Source of the DNA: Bacteroidales bacterium
Lineage (GTDB): Bacteria; Bacteroidota; Bacteroidia; Bacteroidales; Prolixibacteraceae
Assembly: GCA_038217255.1 (NCBI GenBank)
Contig: JBBQPP010000001.1
Location: 1-49,563, forward strand
Reading direction: 5' to 3'
Length of the DNA stretch: 49,563 nucleotides
Part shown: in pieces, positions 30,551 through 40,464 of the stretch
Numbering within the stretch: the stretch's first letter is position 1
Layout of the letters: the number at the start of each line of letters is the position of its first letter
The notes under the pieces: model-generated
Database searches by the model: none
The model's input: only the letters and a program-made list of their open reading frames with translations
Told to the model about the DNA's origin: nothing
Made by a program: the position numbers and the translations under genes

Positions 30551-31315
30551 GTGAAAAAGAGTTTTACAACCATATTATTTATTTTTCTTGTATGTCAGGT
30601 GTTTGGTCAAAAGCAAAAGGTGAATTACCTTACTACTTTCGACGAGAAACTGATTCACTTTGGTTTTACCCTAGGTATCAACTTTCTCGATTTTAATGTT
30701 ACAAATTATAACCCCATTAGTGAGAATCCTGATTTTGCTCCCGGTAGTAACAGGCCGAATGATGCAAACCAGTTTGGATATGAATCTTATGTTAGAAGCG
30801 ACATAGAATCTTTGTTGCCTGGTTTTACTGTAGCTATTGTTTCAAGTTTGAGGTTACATAAAGATTTGGATCTTAGATTTTTGCCGGGTATGTCTTTTGG
30901 CGAACGAAAACTGACATATAATATCCCGGTTTACGATATTAATACCGGGATTGAGCCGTTTAAATTTTATTCCATTAAATCAACATTTATCGATTTTCCT
31001 TTGCTCCTAAAGTATAAAGCCAGGCGAATAAACAACGACAGACCATTTGTTATTTTTGGAGGGGCTTTCAGGCAGGACATATCAAAATCTGCAAAAGAAG
31101 ATTTGGTTAAACTTAAAAGTGGTGGATTTTATGCCGAAGTTGGTGGTGGATGGGATCACTACTTTCCATTTTTCCGTTTTTCGGTTGAAGGGAAGTTTAG
31201 TTTTGGGTTAAACAATCAGTTGGGTGATGCGCCTCAGGAACAGCGCCCCTATTATTCACAATCCATAAAAAACCTGCGATCGAATATTTTTACATTATCT
31301 TTTCATTTCGAATAA
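30551..31315 (+). CDS. porT: T9SS outer-membrane beta-barrel PorT/SprT
   Basis: Signal peptide; HFGFTLG, DLRFLPGMSFGER, FPLLLKY and terminal LSFHFE; ubiE-porT-trmH-tamL synteny. Confidence 0.88.
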   Translation: MKKSFTTILFIFLVCQVFGQKQKVNYLTTFDEKLIHFGFTLGINFLDFNVTNYNPISENPDFAPGSNRPNDANQFGYESYVRSDIESLLPGFTVAIVSSLRLHKDLDLRFLPGMSFGERKLTYNIPVYDINTGIEPFKFYSIKSTFIDFPLLLKYKARRINNDRPFVIFGGAFRQDISKSAKEDLVKLKSGGFYAEVGGGWDHYFPFFRFSVEGKFSFGLNNQLGDAPQEQRPYYSQSIKNLRSNIFTLSFHFE

Positions 31316-32088
31316 TTTGAAAAGAAGTGTTGCCTTTTAAACTCCGCACAAATTATTGCCGTTGCAACAGATACATTCAATGATTCTGCCGAAGATGAGT
31401 TTTGGTTAAATTCGGGAATCCTGATTTTTTGTTCAATTTTGGTTTCAATATCGGTACTTATACCATTACCTTCATTTCCCACAACCAGTAAAGCTTGTTT
31501 TGGCAGTTCCAACTCATAAATATTTTCTCCTTCGAGGAATGCGCCCAGAATAGGTATGCCCGATTTTTTAGCAAGCTGCGCAACTGGTTCAAATGGTGTT
31601 TGCCAAACTTCCACCCTGCAAAACGAACCCATACTTGCCTGAATAACTTTTGGATTAAATAAATCGGCTGTTTTTGGCGAGCAAAACAATTGATTTATTC
31701 CAAACCAATCGCAAATACGGATTATTGTCCCCAGGTTTCCCGGATCTTGAATATCATCTAAATAAATCCAAATATCGCAGTCGATTTTATCAGGAATTTC
31801 TTTTGATTCCGGTCGAGAGCAAATCGCAATGCTATTTTGCGGATTTTTTAATAAACTCGCATTGTCAATATCTTGTTGAGTTGCTTCAGTTATAAGTTTT
31901 GCTTTGTTCAGCAATACTTTGTTGATTTCCAGAAATTTACTTGTGGCCAGTAAATTTTCTACACAAAAATCAGAAACCAACACTTCTGATACATTTTTGT
32001 CGCCTTCAACAAGAAACAGATTTTGTTTTATCCTGTTTTTTTTAAGGGCAAGTGATTTTATAAGTTTTATAGTATTTTTACTGACCAT
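31303..32088 (-). CDS. TrmH/SpoU-family RNA methyltransferase
   Basis: FLVEG, IQDPGNLGTIIR, VGNEGNGI and ESLNVSVA motifs. Confidence 0.94.
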   Translation of the reverse strand: MVSKNTIKLIKSLALKKNRIKQNLFLVEGDKNVSEVLVSDFCVENLLATSKFLEINKVLLNKAKLITEATQQDIDNASLLKNPQNSIAICSRPESKEIPDKIDCDIWIYLDDIQDPGNLGTIIRICDWFGINQLFCSPKTADLFNPKVIQASMGSFCRVEVWQTPFEPVAQLAKKSGIPILGAFLEGENIYELELPKQALLVVGNEGNGISTDIETKIEQKIRIPEFNQNSSSAESLNVSVATAIICAEFKRQHFFSNYSK

Positions 32089-32186
32089 TTAGTAAAACAA
32101 TTTTCGAAAAATAGAATTGGAGTAAAGTTACTGTTTCTTAACAAAACACTTCATTAATTTTGTCATTTAAAACTTTTGCCTTGAAC

Positions 32187-34523
32187 ATGAGAATTAATAT
32201 TGGAAAGCGAAATATTTTAAAAGTGATTGCATTCGCGGGTGTACTTTTTTTGTTTTCCTGTTCGCCAGTCAAGTTCGTTCCCGAAGGTAAATACTTAATT
32301 AATAAGGTTCAAATCGATATCGATAATCAGGATATTAATAAGGAAACAGCTAAATCATTGATAAAGCAGAAAGAAAACTATAAAATTCTCGGATTTCTAA
32401 AATTTCACTTGTGGCTATACAATCTTTCCCCAAAGAAGAAAACTGATGGTTGGTTAAAAAGGATTGGCGAACCTCCTCAAATATACGATGAGGATTTATC
32501 TTATCATTCTGAAGACCAGTTAAAACAATTGGCGTACAGTAAAGGATATTTCAGAGCCGAAGTGAAAAGCAGTGTTGTGGTAAAGGAAAATAAAAGGAAG
32601 GTAAACCTTACTTACAAATTAATTTCAGGAGAGCAATATAAAATTAAAAGCATAAATTATCAGATTAAAGATTCGATGCTTCAGAAGTTATATTTCGAAA
32701 GTAACCTAAAATCTAAGTTAAGGGAAGGCGGGGCATTCGACATTGATAAAATGGAAAAGCACCAGTTAGATATTGTTAATCTTTTTCGAAATAACGGATA
32801 CTATTATTTTTCAAAAGACGACATAAAATTTATTGCCGATAGTTCGAAATTCCAAAAAAAGGTTTTAGTCGATTTATTGATTAGACCGGCAAAAAATAAC
32901 CAAATAGATACTGCTAAAGTATTTCAACCCTTTTATTTGAATAATTTTCACATATCGGTATTGCCCGGAAATTCACCTGTAACAATAAGCAGAGACTCTG
33001 TTGGAGTTTTTTCTGATACGATAGTTTGGGACAATTTTACATTATATCAAAATGAACAAGTTCGTTACCCACCTGCTTTATTTAAGCGAACAATGAGGTT
33101 AAGCAAAGGTGAATTGTACAGTAATGCCGAAGTTGAAAGTGCTTTTAATGCATTTAACAGGCTTCGGCAATTTCGGTTTGTCGATATACAGTTTACTGAT
33201 GTTTCAGCACAAAACGATTCAAATTTATTAGATTGTTACGTTAGGTTAGCACCTCTCAATAAACAATCAACTTCCTTTGATATTGAAGGAACAAATACTT
33301 CGGGCAATTTTGGAGTAGCCGGTAATGTTACATACATGCACCGGAATTTATTTCGCGGAGCTGAGGTTTTTCAATTAAGTTTTTTGGGAGGTATTGAACG
33401 CTTGCAACAGTTAAATACTGGTATGCCCGACTATTTTAATACTACGGAATTTGGTGTGGAATCGAGTTTGATGATCCCCAAACTATTGGGTCCGGGAAAT
33501 TATTTCAGCGATTTTGAGCGATTTTTACCTAAAACGGTTTTTACACTTGGTTACAATTACCAAAAGCGGCCCGAATACACCCGGACAATTAATACATTAA
33601 AATTTGGTTATGACTGGAAAACGACCGAAGATTTGAGGCATATTTGGAATCTGCTCGATTACAATAAAGTAAATGTATTTAACTATGACCCTGATTTTAT
33701 TGATAGAATACGAGATTTATATATAAAAAGCAGTTTTACGAACCACTTGATTTTTGCAATGAATTATTCATTGATTTATAACAACCAACGGTTGAATACA
33801 ATTAAAGATTATACATATGTACGTTTTAATATTGAGTCGTCTGGAAATTTATTAGGAGCAATTTCAGAGTTAGCCAACCGTAATAAATTTCAGGAAGTTG
33901 ATTCTCTGGGGAATATTCGGTCCGAATATTATCAGATTTTTAGTACTCGTTTTGCGCAGTATGTAAAATCTGACATTGAATTTAGCCGTGGCTTTGCTAT
34001 CGACAAATACAACTCAATTGTCAGCAGGGCATTTTTTGGGATTGGAATTCCTTACGGAAATTTCGATGTACTCCCGTTTGAAAAGAAATATTTTTCAGGA
34101 GGTGCAAATGGTATTAGGGCTTGGCCAGTTCGTTCTTTGGGCCCAGGAACTTACAAGGCTTCGCCTGGGGAATATCCAAATCAAACCGCTGATATTAAAT
34201 TGGAAGCAAATATTGAATACAGATTTAAGCTTATTAGTTTTATTGAGGGAGCCCTGTTTCTTGATGCTGGAAATATTTGGGCAATAAACGAAAAAGACAA
34301 CAGGGAAGGTGCACAATTTAAGATGAACCAATTTTACCGGCAAATTGCTTTCGGCTCAGGAACCGGATTGCGGTTTGATATGAGTTACTTTATTCTCAGA
34401 CTCGATTTGGGGGTCAAGCTCCGCGATCCTGCTGTAACTGAAAATAAAGGCTGGATTATAGGCAGCAGGCCGTATTCAAACAAGGATTTTAACTTAACCT
34501 TTGCCATTGGTTACCCCTTTTAA
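32187..34523 (+). CDS. tamL: TamL (lipoprotein BamA/TamA-family outer-membrane protein)
   Basis: Lipobox LFS-C; POTRA-like region (IGEPP, GYF); YFSGGANGIRAW, FLDAGNIW and C-terminal AIGYPF. ATG at 32187 follows a TAATTTTG element at 32155-32162. Confidence 0.88.
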   Translation: MRINIGKRNILKVIAFAGVLFLFSCSPVKFVPEGKYLINKVQIDIDNQDINKETAKSLIKQKENYKILGFLKFHLWLYNLSPKKKTDGWLKRIGEPPQIYDEDLSYHSEDQLKQLAYSKGYFRAEVKSSVVVKENKRKVNLTYKLISGEQYKIKSINYQIKDSMLQKLYFESNLKSKLREGGAFDIDKMEKHQLDIVNLFRNNGYYYFSKDDIKFIADSSKFQKKVLVDLLIRPAKNNQIDTAKVFQPFYLNNFHISVLPGNSPVTISRDSVGVFSDTIVWDNFTLYQNEQVRYPPALFKRTMRLSKGELYSNAEVESAFNAFNRLRQFRFVDIQFTDVSAQNDSNLLDCYVRLAPLNKQSTSFDIEGTNTSGNFGVAGNVTYMHRNLFRGAEVFQLSFLGGIERLQQLNTGMPDYFNTTEFGVESSLMIPKLLGPGNYFSDFERFLPKTVFTLGYNYQKRPEYTRTINTLKFGYDWKTTEDLRHIWNLLDYNKVNVFNYDPDFIDRIRDLYIKSSFTNHLIFAMNYSLIYNNQRLNTIKDYTYVRFNIESSGNLLGAISELANRNKFQEVDSLGNIRSEYYQIFSTRFAQYVKSDIEFSRGFAIDKYNSIVSRAFFGIGIPYGNFDVLPFEKKYFSGGANGIRAWPVRSLGPGTYKASPGEYPNQTADIKLEANIEYRFKLISFIEGALFLDAGNIWAINEKDNREGAQFKMNQFYRQIAFGSGTGLRFDMSYFILRLDLGVKLRDPAVTENKGWIIGSRPYSNKDFNLTFAIGYPF

Positions 34524-34626
34524 ATTCTCAACTTTATGTATTGAATTATTTTTTACATTTTTACGGTCTTTAAAGTTTAATATTATAGTTATAACTAGAA
34601 TCTTTAATAATTTTTAAATTTCCTGT

Positions 34627-35991
34627 ATGCCTGAGAATAATCAACTACGCGATTCATTCGGTTCAAAATTTGGAGTAATTGCTGCTGCTGCGGGATCTGC
34701 CGTTGGTTTAGGTAATATTTGGAAGTTTCCATACATCGCTGGAGTTTATGGTGGGGCTGCCTTTTTATTTGTTTATCTGGCATTTATTCTTGCCATTGGA
34801 ATTCCGATTATGCTTTCCGAATTGGTAATTGGTAGAAGTTCAAGACGCAATGCATTTGGGGCATTTAAAGTACTGGCGCCAAACACACCATGGCGTTATA
34901 TTGGTATCCTCGGTGTAAGTGCTGCATTTCTCATTCTGTCGTTTTATGGAGTAGTCGCAGGCTGGAGTTTGGAATACATCTTTTTATCGATGCAAAATGG
35001 ATTCTCCACAAAAAGCCCGGATGAAATAAGTTCCATGTTTACAACACTAATTGAATCGCCGGTTAAACCAGTTTTAATGCAACTGGTTTTTATGTTTCTT
35101 ACAGGGGCAATAGTTATTGTTGGAATTAAAAAGGGAATTGAAAAGTATAACAAAATACTTATGCCAATTTTGGTTATTATTCTCATTGTATTGTGTATCA
35201 AATCGCTTTCACTGGAAGGCGCAAAAGCAGGTTTGTTATTTCTCTTTAAACCCGATTTCTCTAAGCTAACTGGTGATGGAGTTTTAAGTGCCCTTGGTCA
35301 TGCTTTTTTTACTTTAAGCCTGGGAATGGGAACACTAATTACTTACGGTTCATATATTAACAATGATAATAATCTGCTTCGTACAGTAATAAACGTAACA
35401 GTTGCCGATACTGTAATTGCTATTTTGGCTGGAATTGCCATTTTTCCTGCTGTATTTGCATTTGGCATTGCACCTTCTCAAGGTCCGGGATTAATCTTTG
35501 TAACCCTACCAAACGTATTTCATCAAATGCCAGGAGGATATGTTTTCTCTATACTGTTTTTTATTCTTTTAACTGTTGCTGCAATTACTTCAGCAATATC
35601 AATTTTAGAGGTTGTTGTGGCCTATTTTATTGAAGAATTTAATTGGGGAAGAAAATTTTCGACTGTTCTGGCAACTGTTTTAATTTCAATTTTGGGAATA
35701 ATGTGTTCATTATCCATGGGCGAGTTTTCATCATTCACATTGCTTGGTTTGAATTTCTTTGATTTAATGGACTGGATTTCTGCCAACATATTATTACCTG
35801 TGGGTGGATTGTTTATTGCGCTGTTTATTGGATGGTTCCTGGGTCGGAAAAAAGTTCAAGCCGAACTTGCCATGGGTGCAAATATTTCGGGTATATTGTT
35901 GTCGGTTTTTATGTTTCTTGTTAAATTTATTTCACCCATTGCTATTGCCATTGTGATACTTAACAAAGTAGGCTTATTGAATTTTGGTTAA
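34627..35991 (+). CDS. Sodium-dependent transporter, NSS/SNF family
   Basis: AGSAVGLGNIWKFPY, AFFTLSLGMG and GPGLIFVTLP motifs; multiple TM helices. Confidence 0.95.
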   Translation: MPENNQLRDSFGSKFGVIAAAAGSAVGLGNIWKFPYIAGVYGGAAFLFVYLAFILAIGIPIMLSELVIGRSSRRNAFGAFKVLAPNTPWRYIGILGVSAAFLILSFYGVVAGWSLEYIFLSMQNGFSTKSPDEISSMFTTLIESPVKPVLMQLVFMFLTGAIVIVGIKKGIEKYNKILMPILVIILIVLCIKSLSLEGAKAGLLFLFKPDFSKLTGDGVLSALGHAFFTLSLGMGTLITYGSYINNDNNLLRTVINVTVADTVIAILAGIAIFPAVFAFGIAPSQGPGLIFVTLPNVFHQMPGGYVFSILFFILLTVAAITSAISILEVVVAYFIEEFNWGRKFSTVLATVLISILGIMCSLSMGEFSSFTLLGLNFFDLMDWISANILLPVGGLFIALFIGWFLGRKKVQAELAMGANISGILLSVFMFLVKFISPIAIAIVILNKVGLLNFG

Positions 35992-36100
35992 TTTCGGAAG
36001 GTTCAATTAAAATCTTTGTTTATCCAATTTGGGCTCTTTTTAATTGTTTTTAATTTAATGTGATTTCTTAAATGATTTGTAAACTTTAGCGGACGATTAA

Positions 36101-37195
36101 ATGAATAATCCCTTTAAAAAAGTCATTGAGCAATATTTATATTTTTCGAAAAGTGACAGAAATGCAATCTTAATACTCGGGGTTTTAATTTTCGTCATTG
36201 TAATTGGCATTGTGGTCGTGAATAATGTTAATCCAAAATCAAAATACAATCATACCGAATATCGGCAATTTCTTGAAGAACTGGAAGCTCCACAAAGTAA
36301 TTTTCACAAAACCGGAAAATCATTGTTTGAGTTCGACCCAAACACTATTAATACTGAAATGCTTGATTCTCTTGATTTACCAGAATTTGTTAAGCGAAAT
36401 ATGCTGAACTATAGAAATGCCGGCGGAAAGTTTTCTTCGCGGCCTGATTTCAGGAAGATTTATGGAATGAATGACAGCATATTTTTGGAAATTGAAAACT
36501 ATATAAGTATTTCAGATAATAAGAATCCGGTACCCAAAATACAAAAAAGGGAGACCCAATTAAGTGGTTTTATTGATCCAAACAGCGCTGATTTCAGTAC
36601 ATTAATAGAATTTGGCTTTAACCGATTTCAGGCCAATAATATAATTCAATACAGAAAAAGAGAAGGGACGTTCAAATCAAAAACTGATTTGCTAAAAATT
36701 TATGGAATCGATTCAGCATTTTTAAATACAATTGAAAACCATATTTCAATTGAAGTTACCAATAAAATAACTAGGCTAAGCACCAGTCCAGTAATTCAGC
36801 ATATCGAACTCAATAGTGCCGATACAACCGAATTAATGAAACTTGCCGGGATAGGTTCTGTTTATGCAAAACGAATCATAAAATACCGCAACCTGCTTGG
36901 CGGTTTTTATTCAACCTCGCAATTACTCGAAGTTTATAATTTCCCATTAGAGACTTTAAAAAATATTGAAAACAGCATTTCGGCTGACACTTTATTGATT
37001 AAAAAAATTCAATTAAATTTTACAGAATACGCAGATTTATTGCGGCACCCTTATTTAAACAAAACACAGGTGGCAGCAATTTTAAAATACCGTGATAGAA
37101 ATGGATCTTTTCAGAATATTTTACAGCTCGAAACAAACGGACTTATTGATCCAGAGACGTTTTCAAGGATTAGGCCATACCTGACATGCCGTTAA
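36101..37195 (+). CDS. Membrane-anchored multi helix-hairpin-helix (ComEA-like) protein
   Basis: One N-terminal TM segment, then four modules of the (D/E/Q)xN...I/L-x-x-YR...G-x-F type, one with a canonical LAGIG HhH motif. Confidence 0.88.
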   Translation: MNNPFKKVIEQYLYFSKSDRNAILILGVLIFVIVIGIVVVNNVNPKSKYNHTEYRQFLEELEAPQSNFHKTGKSLFEFDPNTINTEMLDSLDLPEFVKRNMLNYRNAGGKFSSRPDFRKIYGMNDSIFLEIENYISISDNKNPVPKIQKRETQLSGFIDPNSADFSTLIEFGFNRFQANNIIQYRKREGTFKSKTDLLKIYGIDSAFLNTIENHISIEVTNKITRLSTSPVIQHIELNSADTTELMKLAGIGSVYAKRIIKYRNLLGGFYSTSQLLEVYNFPLETLKNIENSISADTLLIKKIQLNFTEYADLLRHPYLNKTQVAAILKYRDRNGSFQNILQLETNGLIDPETFSRIRPYLTCR

Positions 37196-37247
37196 AGAAA
37201 ATTAAATTAAATTCGATGAGTTGTATTTATAATTATTTTGGTTTAAT

Positions 37248-37278
37248 TTTGATTTCAATCGAATAATTTCTATTTTTG
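37248..37278 (+). promoter_or_regulatory. Consensus sigmaA promoter for rpsU-xerC-raiA
   Basis: TTTG (37248-37251), 19-nt spacer, TATTTTTG (37271-37278). Confidence 0.75.
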
Positions 37279-37310
37279 CGCCTCAATTTTTAAAATAAAA
37301 ACTGTTAAAA

Positions 37311-37502
37311 ATGATAGTTATTCCGGTAAAAGAAGGCGAAAACATTGAAAGGGCACTTAAAAGGTTCAAAAGAAAATTCGAGAAAACAGGTGTAATAAAA
37401 GAATTACGCGAACGTCAGAAATTCACAAAACCTTCTGTAATTAATAGAGAAGAGAAAAAGAAGGCGATTTACGTAGAAGGATTGCAACGACAGGAAGACT
37501 AA
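37311..37502 (+). CDS. rpsU: 30S ribosomal protein bS21
   Basis: VKEGENIERALKRFKRK...FTKPSV pattern. Confidence 0.97.
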   Translation: MIVIPVKEGENIERALKRFKRKFEKTGVIKELRERQKFTKPSVINREEKKKAIYVEGLQRQED

Positions 37503-37537
37503 TTGATTTTAGTGATTCCTGTATTTATTCGGGTCAA

Positions 37538-38422
37538 ATGGATTATCGGGAGTCGTTTTTCAATTATTTGAAATTTGAGAAGAGAAGTTCTTCTCATACA
37601 GTGGTTGCATATACAAATGACCTCGATCAGTTTGTACAGTTTTGTACCGAAGTGGTCGGGGAATTTAATGTAAAAAAAGTAGATGCAAAAATTATAAGGA
37701 ACTGGATTGTGCAATTAATGGAAAATGATTATTCCGCACGTTCGGTAAACCGGAAAATAACCACAGTTAAATCGTTTTTCAAATTTCTGTTGAAAGAACA
37801 AATAGTTGAAAACAATCCTGCAAATAACCTGGTTCTTCCAAAAATCCGTAAAAAATTACCAAATTTTGTTGAAGAAAAAAATCTAACCCATTTACTTGAC
37901 GATGGATTTTTTTCCAATGATTTTGTTGGGGTACGCGACAAATTAATAATAACTTTATTATACGGTACAGGAATTCGTCTTGCTGAATTGTTACAATTGA
38001 AGGAAGGCGATGTTGATATGAAAAATTGTTTGATTAAGGTCTTGGGAAAAGGGAAAAAGGAACGTATAATTCCATACCCAACTCCCATTAATCAGCTAAT
38101 CGAACAGTATTTAAGTGAAAAAAACGATAAAATTGGCTTTAAAACTCAACAATTATTGGTTACTGGTGAAGGTAAGTCTGTATACGAAAAACTCATTTAC
38201 AGGGTAGTGAAAAATAACCTGGCAAAGGTAACATTGTTGGAGAAAAAAAGCCCACATGTTTTGCGACATACGTACGCTACACATTTATTAAATAAGGGAG
38301 CTGATTTAAATGCGGTAAAGGAATTATTGGGACACTCAAGTCTGGCAGCTACACAGATTTATACCCATACTACATTCAAGAAACTGCATAATGTATATAA
38401 ACAAGCCCATCCTAGGGGTTAA
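37538..38422 (+). CDS. xerC: Tyrosine recombinase XerC
   Basis: LYGTGIRLAEL, GKGKKER, PHVLRHTYATHLL and LLGHSSLAATQIYTH motifs; conserved rpsU-xerC-raiA order. Confidence 0.9.
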   Translation: MDYRESFFNYLKFEKRSSSHTVVAYTNDLDQFVQFCTEVVGEFNVKKVDAKIIRNWIVQLMENDYSARSVNRKITTVKSFFKFLLKEQIVENNPANNLVLPKIRKKLPNFVEEKNLTHLLDDGFFSNDFVGVRDKLIITLLYGTGIRLAELLQLKEGDVDMKNCLIKVLGKGKKERIIPYPTPINQLIEQYLSEKNDKIGFKTQQLLVTGEGKSVYEKLIYRVVKNNLAKVTLLEKKSPHVLRHTYATHLLNKGADLNAVKELLGHSSLAATQIYTHTTFKKLHNVYKQAHPRG

Positions 38423-38435
38423 TAAAAATGTTATT

Positions 38436-38738
38436 ATGGAAGTAAAAATTAATTCAGTGCATTTCACTGCCGATCAAAGATTGGTGGATTTTGTAAATAA
38501 AAAAGTAGGCAAACTTGATACGTTTTTTGATGGCATCATAAATGCTGAAGTAACTTTAAAAGTGTTGAAGCCTGAAGTGGCAAACAACAAAGTTTCTGAG
38601 TTAAAAATTTCAATTCCGGCAAATGGATATTTGTTTGCAAAAAAGCAGGGGGATACTTTTGAAGAAGCAACTGATTTGGCTGTTGATGCTATACGTAAGC
38701 AAATCGATAAATATAAGGAAAAACTTAAAAACAAGTAA
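38436..38738 (+). CDS. raiA: Ribosome hibernation factor RaiA/HPF
   Basis: INSVHFTAD, KVGKLDTF and TFEEATDLAVD motifs; ATG at 38436 preferred. Confidence 0.92.
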   Translation: MEVKINSVHFTADQRLVDFVNKKVGKLDTFFDGIINAEVTLKVLKPEVANNKVSELKISIPANGYLFAKKQGDTFEEATDLAVDAIRKQIDKYKEKLKNK

Positions 38739-38786
38739 AAATTGAAAATAGCCTATTTAATTTTTAGTTTTTTAAAATAATATTTT

Positions 38787-38794
38787 TACATTTG
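38787..38794 (+). promoter_or_regulatory. Bacteroidota -7 element for the tRNA-tuf operon
   Basis: TACATTTG followed by CA, about 200 nt upstream of tRNA-Gly. Confidence 0.65.
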
Positions 38795-38996
38795 CAAACC
38801 CAATTTTGGGGCGTTCAGAAAGCAGTTGTATTTAAAGTGATTTGACAACAAATCAAGGTGTTTTAAGAGGTTTTTAACCTTCGAAAATCTTTGAAAATAA
38901 ATTGAGTAAGATTACTTTAAATGGTATAGTAGGATATTTTTGGTGCTGTTTTTAGAAATTTTGTATTTTTTGCGGCATTTTTGCAAGATAATGTAT

Positions 38997-39069
38997 GCGG
39001 GAGTAGCTCAGCTGATAGAGCATTAGCCTTCCAAGCTAAGGGTCGCGGGTTTGAATCCCGTCTCCCGCT
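38997..39069 (+). tRNA. tRNA-Gly(TCC)
   Basis: Acceptor GCGGGAG/CTCCCGC, D stem GCTC/GAGC, anticodon arm TTAGC-CTTCCAA-GCTAA, T arm GCGGG-TTTGAAT-CCCGT, U discriminator. Confidence 0.96.
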
Positions 39070-39131
39070 CATTTAATGAGACTGGAGTGATAAGTAAAAT
39101 ACTTTGAGCTCTTGTTTCTTTATGTATTAAT

Positions 39132-39203
39132 GCCGATGTAGCTCAGGGGTAGAGTACTTCCTTGGTAAGGAAGGGGTCACGAGTTCAATTCTCGTCATCG
39201 GCT
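39132..39203 (+). tRNA. tRNA-Thr(GGT)
   Basis: Acceptor GCCGATG/CATCGGC, anticodon arm CTTCC-TTGGTAA-GGAAG, T arm ACGAG-TTCAATT-CTCGT. Confidence 0.96.
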
Positions 39204-39253
39204 CATAAATGATTTAATAAAATAATAAAATAATAAATTAAAAATTAGAAATT

Positions 39254-40438
39254 ATGGCAAAAGCACATTTTAACAGGGATAAGGAGCATGTCAATATTGG
39301 TACAATTGGCCACGTTGATCATGGCAAAACAACCCTAACTGCCGCCATTACTATGGTGTTGCATAAAAAAGGTTATTGTGAAATCAAATCTTTCGATTCT
39401 ATCGACAATGCTCCGGAAGAAAAAGAAAGGGGTATTACGATTAACACCGCTCATGTTGAATACGAAACGGCTAAAAGGCATTATGCTCACGTAGATTGTC
39501 CGGGTCATGCTGATTACGTTAAGAACATGGTTACTGGTGCTGCTCAAATGGACGGAGCGATTATCGTAGTAGCTGCTACCGATGGTCCTATGCCTCAAAC
39601 ACGCGAACACATCCTTTTGGCACGTCAGGTAAACGTACCTAAATTGGTTGTTTTCATGAACAAAGTAGACATGGTTGATGACGAAGAAATTCTTGAATTA
39701 GTTGAAATGGAAATCCGTGAACTTCTCAGTTTCTACCAATTCGATGGTGACAATACTCCTGTTATCCAGGGATCTGCGCTTGGAGCGATGAACGGTGAAG
39801 AAAAATGGGAAGATAAAGTATTGGAACTGATGGATGCATGCGACACTTGGATCCCACTTCCTCCACGTGATGTTGACAAGCCATTCTTGATGCCGGTAGA
39901 AGATGTTTTTTCTATCACAGGTCGTGGAACTGTTGCAACTGGTCGTATCGAAACTGGTAAAATTCATACTGGAGATGAACTTCAGTTAATTGGGTTAGGC
40001 GCAGAAGGTCGGAAAACAGTTTGTACCGGAGTAGAAATGTTCCGTAAAATTTTGGATGATGGTCAGGCTGGTGATAATGTTGGTTTATTGCTTCGTGGTG
40101 TTGACAAAAAAGAAATCAAACGTGGACAGATTCTGGCAAAACCAGGTTCAATTACTCCTCACAAAAGATTCAAAGCTGAGGTTTACGTATTGAAAAAAGA
40201 AGAAGGTGGACGTCACACTCCATTCCATAACAAATACCGTCCTCAGTTCTATATCCGCACACTTGACGTAACCGGTGAAATCCATTTGCAAGAAGGCCGT
40301 GAGATGGTAATGCCTGGTGATAACGTTTCTGTTGAGGTAGAATTGATTTATCCTGTAGCTTTAAACGTTGGTTTACGCTTTGCGATTCGTGAAGGTGGAC
40401 GAACAGTAGGAGCTGGTCAGGTGACTGAAATCTTATAA
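39254..40438 (+). CDS. tuf: Elongation factor Tu
   Basis: [23 protein letters not shown] and [13 protein letters not shown] motifs. Confidence 0.99.
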   Translation: MAKAHFNRDKEHVNIGTIGHVDHGKTTLTAAITMVLHKKGYCEIKSFDSIDNAPEEKERGITINTAHVEYETAKRHYAHVDCPGHADYVKNMVTGAAQMDGAIIVVAATDGPMPQTREHILLARQVNVPKLVVFMNKVDMVDDEEILELVEMEIRELLSFYQFDGDNTPVIQGSALGAMNGEEKWEDKVLELMDACDTWIPLPPRDVDKPFLMPVEDVFSITGRGTVATGRIETGKIHTGDELQLIGLGAEGRKTVCTGVEMFRKILDDGQAGDNVGLLLRGVDKKEIKRGQILAKPGSITPHKRFKAEVYVLKKEEGGRHTPFHNKYRPQFYIRTLDVTGEIHLQEGREMVMPGDNVSVEVELIYPVALNVGLRFAIREGGRTVGAGQVTEIL

Positions 40439-40464
40439 TAATATAAGGTTATAAATGATAATAT

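Noticed and set aside
31303-31315. Convergent 13-nt overlap of the porT and trmH 3' ends
   Set aside because: Common compact arrangement at this conserved locus; no evidence of a special function.
37538-38422. Tyrosine recombinase near tRNA genes as a possible integrative-element integrase
   Set aside because: It has XerC size and motifs and sits in the conserved rpsU-xerC-raiA operon; no att duplication or cargo genes are visible.
39216-39240. Short AATAATAA tandem repeat before tuf
   Set aside because: Consistent with the A-rich translation initiation regions of Bacteroidota; too short to call.
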